From Macrostomum lignano (lineage: Eukaryota), in NCBI GenBank assembly GCA_002269645.1, contig NIVC01001368.1, positions 62,001 through 126,000 on the forward strand: 64,000 nt of DNA, written 5' to 3'. Shown here one piece after another: positions 1 to 11,090 of this stretch (the stretch's first letter is position 1; each line of letters begins with the position of its first letter). The translations under genes and the position numbers were made by a program. The notes beneath the pieces were generated by a model, which did not search any database, was not told the DNA's origin, and saw only the letters and a program-made list of their open reading frames with translations.

Positions 1-152
1 GACTGGACTGTGGAGACAGGTTCGATGGGCTGAGTCTCGAGCGCAGCAGTTTAAGTGAGAGCTGCAGCAGCTTGAGCTAATTTCCGATCTGCTAGATACG
101 AGAGCACCACACGTTTTTCACTGGCATAGGACCACCCACTACGCCGCTAGCA

Positions 153-522
153 ATGAGCTCGTATTTGATCGCACTTCTGGCAGTCGGCCTGATGAGCGCC
201 GCTGCCCTGCTGACCAAGGCCGACGCCATCAGTACTGGCGAGATGCTCTTCGAACTAGCCAATGACGGCCACCACCATGACGACCATCACCACCACCAAG
301 AAGGCCATCGCCACCGACATGAAGGCCATCGCCACCACTATGACGGTCATCACCATCACCATGACGACCATCACCACCACCATGACAGTCATCACCATCA
401 CCATGACGACCATCACCACCACCATGACGGTCATCACCATCACCATGACAACCATCACCATCACCGACGGTCATCATCATTATCATGACGGTCATCACCA
501 CCATGACGACCATCATCACTAA
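153..522 (+). CDS. Secreted His/Asp-rich repeat protein (paralog 1); 2-nt deletion/frameshift near 465
   Basis: ORF 153-488 has a hydrophobic signal peptide (MSSYLIALLAVGLMSAAALLTKA), then AISTGEML and (D/G)HHHHH repeats. At ~465 'cac c-- gac ggt' breaks the usual 'cac cat gac ggt' pattern; the shifted frame continues DGHHHYHDGHHHHDDHHH to TAA at 520-522. Confidence 0.8.
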
Positions 523-933
523 TATCGTGGTCACTGAATTCAAGCCAGAAGACTAAAACGTGACAGGCATTCGCATGTTGAAGTTTTATTCCGCTTCCTC
601 GAATCCACTCCAACTTGTCATTGTACGTACATGTAGGCCAATCAGTCCAATTATCCACACAAATCATAATCCTAACACAACAGAAAACTCTATATTGATC
701 GCACCTTCATCTAAGCATCTTTCCGCCTTTTATTTCAATTCTAGTGTCCGCTATTGCATGATTACATCTGTTGCAAAATGCTAATCAGTCCTGCATGTAA
801 AAACTAACCAATTATTTGCTTTGATTCTGCTATCGATGCACTTGAAATAAATAAGAAATTGAAGTAAATTGGAGAAAATTAAATCAGAAATCAGTAATTT
901 AAATCAGAAACAATGCTGTGTCAGTTCTTGCGT

Positions 934-1865
934 TTAAATAATTATCAAATTGCCATAGTCGCGAGGCCCTGAATACTGTTGATGGAGGCGGGTATGGTGG
1001 CAAGGATTAATAACGCTCGGACGCTCTGGGCCGGTGCGATGATAACAGAGTGGTGCCGCGTTGGAACTCGTTTGTCGCCGATCTTGAAGTCGACGAGTAG
1101 CAGGCCAGCGTGCGCCGCTTGATCTGGCTATTCGAGCGAGTCTACAGCTGTCAGGTCTCGATAGGCCGTCCGGTGTTGACACGCAGTTTCGTGTCACAGC
1201 ACATCGCCATGATGGCGGAAACCAGCTGATTTGGCACCACCATTGGGAACGCAGCCCTACATGTACTTATCCATCGACAAATACATAATCTACAAATCTG
1301 TGAATCTGTATATCTGCGAATCCCCAAGATAACATCAGGATCTGCTAGCGTATCCGCGCCTCTTCGATGCCTCAGCGAAAAGCCAGAATTTGTGCCACTA
1401 CTCCACGACCGAAGGCAGATCGATGCCCTCATACTCCTCCTCAAGGTTGTGCTGTGCGGCTTCTGAGAGGAATAGCTGCGATGTATTCCGTGGCCCATTC
1501 GTTGGGCGCCGATCCTCGCCGAAGAGTACGCGGCCGGTACTCTGGCGACCTAACTGCATGGCGTCCGGACCCAGCGCTTTCCCGCCCGGCGACAATTGGG
1601 CAAGCCTCAAAACGTCGGCTGTGCTTACTGGCACTATGCTGAAGCTCTTCTCCGGCGACGGCGTCTCAGACGGCAGCGTCAGATTGTCTGGCAGCGGGAG
1701 TGTCAGCGCGTTTACGATGGCGGCGAATTAAGAGTTCGTGCAGCTCATTCTGCGCCCATCAGCTGTAGTGTCGCCGGAACGCCGAGGCGACAGCCTCGGT
1801 TCGATCAGCGCTCCAACTCCTATACGGCCCTGAAGGTCCCTCCGGCGCCCAGTTACTCATGGTAG
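934..1865 (-). pseudogene. Decayed non-LTR (LINE) retrotransposon reverse transcriptase fragment
   Basis: Minus-strand frames with stops and frameshifts give ADVLRLAQLSPGGKALGPDAM (like the LINE KAPGPDGI motif), SGF...CRAAFPMV (like GF...D-x-x-KAFD-x-V), IMAMCCDTKLRVNTG and AAHAGLLL. Confidence 0.5.
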
Positions 1866-1897
1866 TCCCAGATCAGCCTTGATAGACACCTCCTATA

Positions 1898-4800
1898 GGC
1901 ACGTTTATGACAGATTTCTCCAAAAATGACGACAAAATGTGTCATGAAGTCATTTTTTGGTACTGATGTCATTTTTTATGTGTCATGAAAAATGACAAAC
2001 GTCCTTTTTACAAATTAATCTGAAAAAATGAAGCGCCTTTTCACCCGCTAACTATTACTGAAGTTTCAAAACTAGTAGTATGATATTAAAGGAGTTATTA
2101 GGGCATGAAAATATGACGGGAACAAACAAAAAATACGGGTGATTGCACATACGTAAAAATGACAAATATGACACACCTTCCGGCTTGAAAACAGTTTATT
2201 ATAGTATATCAAATTTTACAATATTTTTGTTTTAAAAACATTGTAGATGCATAGGTGGATAGTAGTTATACAGATAATTCAATAAAAAGTATTTTGTAGA
2301 TAAAAATAATTTATATTTATTTGTACAAAAAATTGCGTGTATTTATTTTAAATATAGTTAGCTATGTCGTTATAGAACACACGATAGATAAAAAGTGCAT
2401 CTGTTGTAAACCTGTTGTATTGAAGATGCACATCTGCATTCTTTTAATTTGTACTTCATTTATTCTCATTATATACTAAAAAAGATAGCCCTAATATGAA
2501 ATATTTTAATGTAATCTTGTTCTAACTCGTCCATAAATATGAATAATGCCATGAAGCAGCACTCAATATCAATAGACAAGTGGCATATAATAAGAAAAAC
2601 CTGAATCTTCCTATCACTTTATCACACATTGTGGTTCATGTTCTAAAAAATATTTGTGCATGAACTATGTATATGTAGTCATATAATATTGCATTGAATT
2701 GGAGTTGTTAAATAGTCAATTTTTTTATGCATTGATTCATTTTGTTTAGTTCAATTTAATACTTATACTTATATATAAATATTGATTTTGTTAAATCTTC
2801 ACTTAGTTCAATGGTAATAAGTGTGTTACCTATAACCTTTAAATAGACAGAATTGTCTAATGATAGCTAAATAATAAAATGAATAATTTTATAATGAATG
2901 GTTTTTGTTATAAAATTATTATACCATTATATTCTCATAACATAACATAACTATTATTCAATTACTTATTTCTATGAACTTCTTGTGGCAGGCTTATTTA
3001 TACATATATTTGATATTTCTATTTTAATGAATAAGAAGTTAATATGTATAAGCCTATTTATAAAGCAAGTTGATATTCAAAGTGCTTATAGTAAATATCT
3101 AATAACTATTTATTAATAGCAATAGCTATGACATGTGGAATATAGAAAATTAAATTAAGAAGCTTAAGAAAAAATCTAACTTAATTGTGTAGCTAGCAAA
3201 GAAAAAGTTAATTAATAACTTTGGTTAGGTATATCTAAAAAATTATTTATTAACTTATTATTTATTATTTAATTATTAACTTATTTCAATAATAATCAGA
3301 TTAGAAAAGTTGACTTTTAATAGGACCTAGGAGGCCAAGATAGTCTGAGTATAAAAAGCCTAAAGATTTAATAAAATTTAATAGTAGTAGATCTAGAATT
3401 TCATTTTGGGAGGTAGTCCAAGTTTGGGGTACAAACATAAGAGATACCAATTTTTAAGCTAGGGTATAGATTTAAAGATAACAAATCAAGCTTAAGGGCA
3501 TAAAAATTTGTATAATGGGGCAAAAAAAGTCTAAAAGGTATAATAAACTTAGGTTTATAGAGGGTATAAAATGTTAATAAAACATTTACTAGTAAAAGCC
3601 ATTTTAAGGGAGATGGCCATCCCCCACCCTTTAATTGAACCCTGGAATATAACAGCTATATTTAAATATAGGCTAACAAATAAAAGTTATACTTATCTAT
3701 AAAAACATAACTATATAAAAAAACAATACTCTATACATTTTTAAGCAAAGCCAAGTCCTAGATACAATATAACTATATTTATAGGTATATAAATAAAAAC
3801 GGCATTTTATATAAGTAAATAGTAAATATCTTAGTACATATGGCATTGCACAATAATGTAGAATAACTATATCAAACAATATTGAAAATTACTGCTATAT
3901 TTTGGGTTTTGTCACTATTAAAATTGAGCTTCGCATTGAAAAACACTTGCAATTTCCAGGTGCAATGGCTAAAGGCTAAAAAACTTCTGCAGAGCCACTA
4001 GCAGGTCTGAATTATCCGAGTTCCTGCAGAAAATGGAGCTGCCTTCAGAGCCTCTAGAAAATGGAGTCTCTAGTTATAGTCTCTTACAACTACTCACTGA
4101 TACTCCTATAACAATGCATGAAATGGAAGAATTATTTCTGCAAAGTGAATTAATTAATCCAGCTCAGTCGTCTGGCCATCTGGCAGATAAATCTAACAGC
4201 GAGGACCTGCATGTTGAAGGAACAGTCTAAGGAGTGCATGTTGAAGGAAGGTTTTACTTGCAGTAGCGTTGAAGTACTTTTCTGGCAGTCTTTTTTGTGT
4301 AAACATGACAGTTGCACAAGCTGTAAAATATGACGATTGCACATTGTGCCAAAAATGACAGAAGACAGTCTTCTATTTACACTATATGTTTTTGTTCCTC
4401 CTTTTTATCGGCTATTTCAAATGTAGGTTCTGATGTCCGTTGGTTTTACTTGCAGTAGCGTTTAACTACTTTTCCGGCAGTGCTCGCTGTGTAAAAATGA
4501 CTGCTGCACAAGCTGTAAAATATGACGATTGCACATTGTGCCAAAAATGACAGAAGACAGTCTTCTATTTACACTATATTATAGTTCCTCCTTTTTATCG
4601 GCTATTTCAAATGTAGGTTCTGAAGTCCGTTGGTTTTACTTGCAGTAGCGTTGAAGTACTTTTCTGGCAGTCTTTTTTGTGTAAACATGACAGTTGCACA
4701 AGCTGTAAAATATGACGATTGCACATTGTGCCAAAAATGACAGAAGACAGTCTTCTATTTACACTATATGTTTTTGTTCCTCCTTTTTATCGGCTATTTC

Positions 4801-5776
4801 AAATGTAGGTTCTGATGTCCGTTGGTTTTACTTGCAGTAGCGTTTAACTACTTTTCTGGCAGTGCTCACTGTGTAAAAATGACTGCTGCACAAGCTGTAA
4901 AATATGACGATTGCACATTGTGCCAAAAATGACAGAAGACAGTCTTCTATTTACACTATATTATAGTTCCTTTTTTTTATCGGCTATTTCAAATGTAGGT
5001 TCTGATGTCCGTTGGTTTTACTTGCAGTAGCGTTTAACTACTTTTCTGGCAGTGCTCGCTGTGTAAAAATGACTGCTGCACAAGCTGTAAAATATGACGA
5101 TTGCACATTGTGCCAAAAATGACAGAAGACAGTGTATTACGTATTATAGCCTTAATTATGTACTTTTAATAAGTTTTATAATTTTATATTATAAAACGAT
5201 TTAGTATATAATTGTCATATTAGATGTGCTATGCTTGCAATCTCGTATATGAATAAACCATCTATGTTTGCAACATACAACTATTTGCATGTTCAACAAA
5301 ATTCAAACTTAAAATGCTGCAACTCACTTTCTACTTTCTCTTCCACACAATCTACTTAACTGATTTTTACAATTTCTTTAGTAGTAGCTATACTACTTCT
5401 ATTATAGACTAATTTAATGTGAATATAAGATCCCTGTTGTTTTATTACATGGTAAAGTTTATTGTATAAATTGCTAAGTATTTACAGTCGTTAATTTTAG
5501 TCTAACAGTATTTATCAGCACTGCACAAATGTCGTGCAGTTGTGCGCCAATACAGGCTTAAAGGATCGTACACTACGGAATACTGTATATACAGTATATT
5601 ATCAGAGAGGCTGGAAGTTTTACAAAAATCGAGCAATTTGGAAGTGTCATGGATTTGTCATTTTTGCAAAGTCTGTGTCATGGCCAAAACTTTGCGCGTT
5701 TCCATTGGGATACACAGCGGTCATTTTTTGTTAAATGTGCCATGTCATTTTTTACAATTCTCGTCATAAACGTGCC
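1898..5776. mobile_element. Non-autonomous TIR-bounded DNA element (~3.9 kb)
   Basis: Perfect 14-bp inverted repeat GGCACGTTTATGAC (1898-1911) / GTCATAAACGTGCC (5763-5776), extending imperfectly to AAAAATGAC. Dense (AAAA)ATGAC/GTCAT subterminal motifs at both ends, no long ORF, no clear TSD. Confidence 0.6.
4250..5132 (+). repeat. ~191-bp tandem repeat, ~4.6 copies, variant order A-B-A-B-B
   Basis: Unit start GGTTTTACTTGCAGTAGCG at 4250, 4442, 4632, 4824 and 5014 (periods 192/190/192/190). Confidence 0.9.
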
Positions 5777-5879
5777 CCTGCGCGGTGCAATGATATCGCA
5801 GCTTAGGTCAAACGCTAGCTACGCCTGCAGCTCAGGTAAAGACTGCAGATAAATTGTCAGGAAATAATCAGTCCCTCAT

Positions 5880-6050
5880 CAAACAAATTAATGACAAAGT
5901 TTTTGTGCCATCGCCGAATCTGCCTGGCAGGCCAAATCATCCGCGATGAGTGGTACTGCCCACAGCCGGTGATGCAAGAGCTACTGGGTGACGCTGCAGG
6001 CACCCTACCGCCGAAGACTGGCACGCACTCGGCGTTTTGTCCCATTTTCT
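5880..6050 (+). pseudogene. Possible LINE ORF2 C-terminal fragment
   Basis: Plus frame reads CHRRICLAGQIIRDEWYCPQPVMQELL, resembling the RRxxxAGHxxR motif downstream of RT in non-LTR elements. Confidence 0.35.
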
Positions 6051-6084
6051 TGTTGTTCTTGTATGGATAGAAAAAGCAAGGACC

Positions 6085-6479
6085 ACCAGTGGATAGAGGC
6101 AAGGACCAGTGGATAGAGGCAAAGACCAGTGGATAGAGGCAAAGACCAGTGGATAAGAGGCAAGGACCAGTGGATAGAGGCAAGGACCAGTGGATAGAGG
6201 CAAAGACCAGTGGATAAGAGGCAAGGACCAGTGGATAGAGGCAAGGACCAGTGGATAGAGGCAAGGACCAGTGGATAGAGGCAAGGACCAGTGGATAGAG
6301 GCAAGGACCAGTGGATAGAGGCAAGGACCAGTGGATAGAGGCAAGGACCAGTGGATAGAGGCAAGGACCAGTGGATAGAGGCAAAGACCAGTGGATAGAG
6401 GCAAGGACCAGTGGATAGAGGCAAGGACCAGTGGATAAGAGGCAAGGACCAGTGGATAAGAGGCAAGGACCAGTGGATA
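6085..6479 (+). repeat. 20-bp minisatellite (ACCAGTGGATAGAGGCAAGG)n, ~20 copies
   Basis: Directly visible tandem array. Confidence 0.95.
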
Positions 6480-6842
6480 CTCGTAGAATGACAGATTTAT
6501 TTGTTAGCCACTATTATTTGGAAAGCCACCCAGTCTTTAAATCTACGAGTATGACAAAAAAGCGAATTCTTGATGTTGACTAAAAGTACAAGCGGGCCCA
6601 GATACTAAATGATCAAGATGGATCGCTCAATAAAGTCTTTCGAAACTGTTTGCATTCTTACCAGCTATATTGAATCGTTGTACTTTTCTGAATTCAGCGA
6701 TCCAGCTACGCGGGCTGGGACAAGCAGATAATAGTCTATGGCCAAAGTTTCGCTCGGCATAACAGTTCAGGCCTTAAGCTTGAGAAATTGCGCCTACAGG
6801 CCAACGGTTTCAGCCACAGACGAAAGTGTCACTGCCGCAGCA

Positions 6843-6853
6843 CAGTATAATAA
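6843..6853 (+). promoter_or_regulatory. Candidate TATA box of the second His-rich gene
   Basis: TATAATAAAA at 6844-6853 in GC-richer context, ~140 bp upstream of the ATG at 6987. Confidence 0.4.
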
Positions 6854-6986
6854 AAGGCCACATGCAGGCCGGAGCGGTGGTTGGGGCAGCCTCTCAGGTT
6901 TAGTGAGCAAGCGACAGCCAAAGCAAGTAGTGGGCAAATACTCTCAAGTTGCAGCCTCGTACCAGCAAGCTCGATCAACCGCCAGC

Positions 6987-7556
6987 ATGACATCGACTAT
7001 CGCGATCCTAACATTCGTTGTGACGAGCCTGGCAGCGCTGGCGGTCAGCACGGAGGCCCTCAGCGCTGGCGAAATGCTGCTGAGGAATCAACTGAGGACC
7101 CGGCAAGACGGACATGACCATCATCCGCACGACGGACATGACCATCACATGCACGACGGACATGACCATCATCCGCACGACGGACATGACTATCATCCGC
7201 ACGACGGACATGACTATCATCCGCACGACGGACATGACTATCATCCGCACGACGGACATGACTATCATCCGCACGACGGACATGACCATCATCTGCACGA
7301 CGGACATGACCATCATCTGCACGACGGACATGACCATCATCTGCACGACGGACATGACCATCACATGCACGACGGACATGACCATCACATGCACGACGGA
7401 CATGACCATCACATGCACGACGGACATGATCATCACATGCACGACGGACATGACCATCATCTGCACGACGGACATGACCATCACATGCACGACGGACATG
7501 ACCATCACATGCACGACGGACATGATCATCACATGCACGACGGACATCATCATTGA
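6987..7556 (+). CDS. Secreted His/Asp-rich repeat protein (paralog 2), 189 aa, 18 x DGHD(H/Y)H(P/M/L)H
   Basis: ATG at 6987 in GCCAGCATGA context; signal peptide MTSTIAILTFVVTSLAALAVSTEA, then LSAGEML (cf. AISTGEML in paralog 1); 24-bp coding repeat; TGA at 7554-7556; intronless. Confidence 0.85.
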   Translation: MTSTIAILTFVVTSLAALAVSTEALSAGEMLLRNQLRTRQDGHDHHPHDGHDHHMHDGHDHHPHDGHDYHPHDGHDYHPHDGHDYHPHDGHDYHPHDGHDHHLHDGHDHHLHDGHDHHLHDGHDHHMHDGHDHHMHDGHDHHMHDGHDHHMHDGHDHHLHDGHDHHMHDGHDHHMHDGHDHHMHDGHHH

Positions 7557-8479
7557 GCATACCAAGTTCATCCTTATTGGCCAAAAGACCAGCTAGCGCC
7601 ATCAGAGACTGCTCACGCATAGACAGCAGCATTAACAAAAGCTCCAAATCTTGAGTCTGTGTAAGCATGCTGTCCTTAGACATCAAAGTCCCCACAAAAA
7701 CCACAAAAAGGCTAGAAAAACTCCCAGTAATTTCTTTTGCAAACGCGCTATACGAAATTTAGTCAAAAGATGATCCCAAGTGCTAATTTTACCTGTAAGT
7801 TCGTCATGATTTTTCCCTGATCTTATCAATTAAAATTTGATGGAAATAATTCTAGTTGAATGTTATAAAATAAATATGGATCATAATTCTATGAGACTTG
7901 ATTAAATAAATAAAAACATGAGGAATTTATGACAAACAGTGACTGACAATGTGCGTCTGCTGGACTTCATTTTAGTGCACAATATATTACTTCTGGGTCT
8001 TGCTGGAAACGCACATTGATGTACGAACAAGACTAGCGTTCTAGGCTGAGGCTTGTGGTGGTGCCCACAGAAGGAGGTCAGGAGCGGTGGTGCCCACTGA
8101 AGGAGGTCGGGAGCGGTGTCGGTAGCACCAGAAGCTCAGTTAAACTTCGTTCCAACTCTTTAGTGCCGAATGCGGTCCAACAATTCCCGATAAAGAAGCA
8201 ATCTTGATGCTGTGCTGCATGTGATCAGGAAATTGAAATTCCGTGAATTTCAAGCAATATGCAATGCTTTTAATTTAATGTGATTAGTATTATTCACATT
8301 CGCTAATGTTGAAGTATTTGATCGAGCAACCGAACTTGCCTTTATTTGTGACAAAGCACCATCACCAAAAAGCTGCACTTCATTTGTCTTAAAACTACGA
8401 GCAAATTAATGCAGTAAAGATCGAACGCCTGTAGTTTATAGCGATGATCCATCTGCAGTCTACCGATGGCCCGGCCCCA

Positions 8480-10167
8480 TCACATCATGCTGTTCCCCTC
8501 AAACGGCTTGCACCTGGCCGAGCTCAGGTAGTCGCGAACTCTCGGCCGGTCCTCCATTCCGGCCTTGAACTCGGCCAACCTCGGACAGTCGCCGATGCTG
8601 CGGGCCCAGGCGGCCGGAAACTGCGACTCCGCGGCCCGCAGCACGTGCAGCAGGCAGAGGTCGCAGTAGGTCACCCGCCGGCCCACGACAAACCGGCCGC
8701 CGCCAGAAGCGTCCCAGTTGGCCGCGTTGAAGCTGAGCACCTGCTCGAAGTGGCGCAGGAACTTGGGCAGCCGGTGCCGCTCAAAATAGTCAATGTAGGG
8801 CCGCGTCTCCGCCTCCTGGCCGAAGTACGACTCGTAGAAGTTGCGGCCGTGGAAGGCCAGCCGGCCCTCCGTGATGAAGTCCATGACGGTGGCGCAGGTC
8901 TGGTCGGCCCGCCAGCGGTCCGGCTCGCCATCGGGCAGCAGACCGAGCCGCTTGGCCAGGTAGCGGCAGATGGTGGCCGTCTGGCCCAGCTCGAAGTCGC
9001 CTGGGAGGTGAAATATCGGCCAACATCAGTCCGCAGTAGCCTCAGTGCTGAAGCTGCAGCTCTGCTGTCGCCTTGTAAAAGTCGTCCATCCAACAGAATC
9101 CAGAATTTACCTCTACGAAACTCCTCTCTATTTAACTTAAGACTTTGGTAAACAATAGTGTAAACTTTGGGATAACTTAAATTAATTTATGTCACAATGT
9201 TCGATCGAATGCTTTATCATGGGCACAGCAAACCTCACCCTGCTTCATCATGGGCACAGCAAACCTCACCCTGCTTTATCATGGGCACAGCAAACCTCAC
9301 CCTGCTTTATCATGGGCACAGCAAACCTCACCCTGCTTTATCATGGGCACAGCAAACCTCACCCTGCTTTATCATGGGCACAGCAAACCTCACCCTGCTT
9401 TATCATGGGCACAGCAAACCTCACCCTGCTTTATCATGGGCACAGCAAACCTCACCCTGCTTTATCATGGGCACATCAAACCTCACCCTGCTTCATCATG
9501 GGCACAGCAAACCTCACCCTGCTTTATCATGGGCACAGCAAACCTCACCCTGCTTTATCATGGGCACAGCAAACCTCACCCTGCTTTATCATGGGCACAG
9601 CAAACCTCACCCTGCTTTATCATGGGCACAGCAAACCTCACCCTGCTTTATCATGGGCACAGCAAACCTCACCCTGCTTTATCATGGGCACAGCAACCTC
9701 CCTCACCCTGCTTTATCATGGGCACAGCAAACCTCACCCTGCTTTATCATGGGCACAGCAAACCTCACCCTGCTTTATCATGGGCACAGCAAACCTCACC
9801 CTGCTTTATCATGGGCACAGCAAACCTCACCCTGCTTTATCATGGGCACAGCAAACCTCACCCTGCTTTATCATGGGCACAGCAACCTCCCTCACCCTGC
9901 TTTATCATGGGCACAGCAAACCTCACCCTGCTTTATCATGGGCACAGCAAACACAGGCCAGCCAGTTTTCTGCTGACACTTGAAGTCCAGGTAGATGGCC
10001 TCGGGGTCGCAGTGCTCGCTGAACTCCTGCCCAGCTTCCACCAGGATGAGGCGGATGAACTCCGCTCTGCCAGGCACGTTGGGCCAGTAGCGCAGCTGCC
10101 ACTTCGGGCTCGGCTCTCCTTCACCGCCCGCTGTGTCAGCCGAGGAATTTTCGCCCCGCGCCGTCAT
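8480..10167 (-). CDS. Glutathione S-transferase; exons 10167-9927 and 9000-8480
   Basis: N-domain LRYWPNVPGRAEFIRLILVEAG...FAVPMIKQG|DFELGQTATICRYLA; C-domain RLPKFLRHFEQVL...VTYCDLCLLHVL...RPRVRDYL. Phase-1 intron with donor G|GTGAGG and acceptor CTCCCAG|GC keeps the frame. The upstream ATG at 10287 is an alternative start. Confidence 0.9.
9206..9952 (-). repeat. 31-bp intronic minisatellite (~24 copies) containing the GST exon-1 end and splice donor
   Basis: Sense-strand unit TTTGCTGTGCCCATGATAAAGCAGG|GTGAGG; the first copy is the actual coding exon end. Confidence 0.95.
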
Positions 10168-11090
10168 TTGCTTCACAACAGTTGCTGAGGCCGTGGCGGC
10201 AGCGAAATTCGCGAGCGAGGCCGAGTTTGGCTGCCCAAATGCGCTTTTATGGCCAATACTGGAAACTCGACACCGAGGCTGCTGCATGCGGTCGCATACC
10301 TGTCAGAGATACCTGCAGCTTATTAGCTCGAGCTGTCATATATGATGGCCGTGGGGTAGAGTTGAAGTGAAAGTGTATAGGAAATTTCATCCTTTAATTT
10401 GTTCTGACAGCGACAGGACAGTCAATAGTGATTCGAGAAAAGCGATAAACATGTTTGTATGTAAGCTCTAATTATCGAATTTGCGAACTCCGTCATTACC
10501 AGTGCAGACTCAAGGTGAGATTAAAGCGGCAGGCATTCAAGGGTTGGAATGGCAGTAGCAGAGAGACAAAATGGCAGTCAAAAATCATTCTTTCAAATCG
10601 GAACCAATATGTCATGTGTAGTGAATTTATGAAACATACATTTGACAGTCAGGTAGGGTATATTTGATAAAAACTTTACATTGCTTTCTTATGCATGCAG
10701 CAGAGTATCTTTTTACGGACAGAAATCGGACTAAAAACTAACAAGCACAGGCTTGCTCTGCTGCTTCTGTTCAGACAGATACTGAGCAAGCAGACCGCCG
10801 CCAGATAGCAAAGGGAGAAATACACTTCACACAGCTATAAAAAGTACAGCGGACGGTCAGAGAGGAACCCGGCTCCAGAATAAAAAGGCTTATGAAAGAA
10901 AAAGATGAGCTCATGCACAGGCTTGAGCCGATACCTACGTGGTCCATCAGTAACAAACAGCGATAGAAAGGCGTACAGTACAGTGATGCCCAGCTTACCC
11001 AAAGCACCCGCTGAGCAATGGGCCAAAAAGGCTAATACTGCAGAGTCGCATAAAACAGAAAGTCTCCACCCCTGAGATTTGGTGGGAAAT

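Noticed and set aside
5857-6466. ORFs spanning the 20-bp repeat
   Set aside because: Open in several frames only because the repeat lacks stops; no unique coding context.
6738-6986. Upstream extension of the second His-rich ORF
   Set aside because: The signal peptide begins at ATG 6987 and the upstream part contains the TATA-like motif, so it is probably promoter/UTR.
9189-10188. Long plus-strand repetitive ORFs (259-312 aa)
   Set aside because: Antisense translations of the GST intronic minisatellite.
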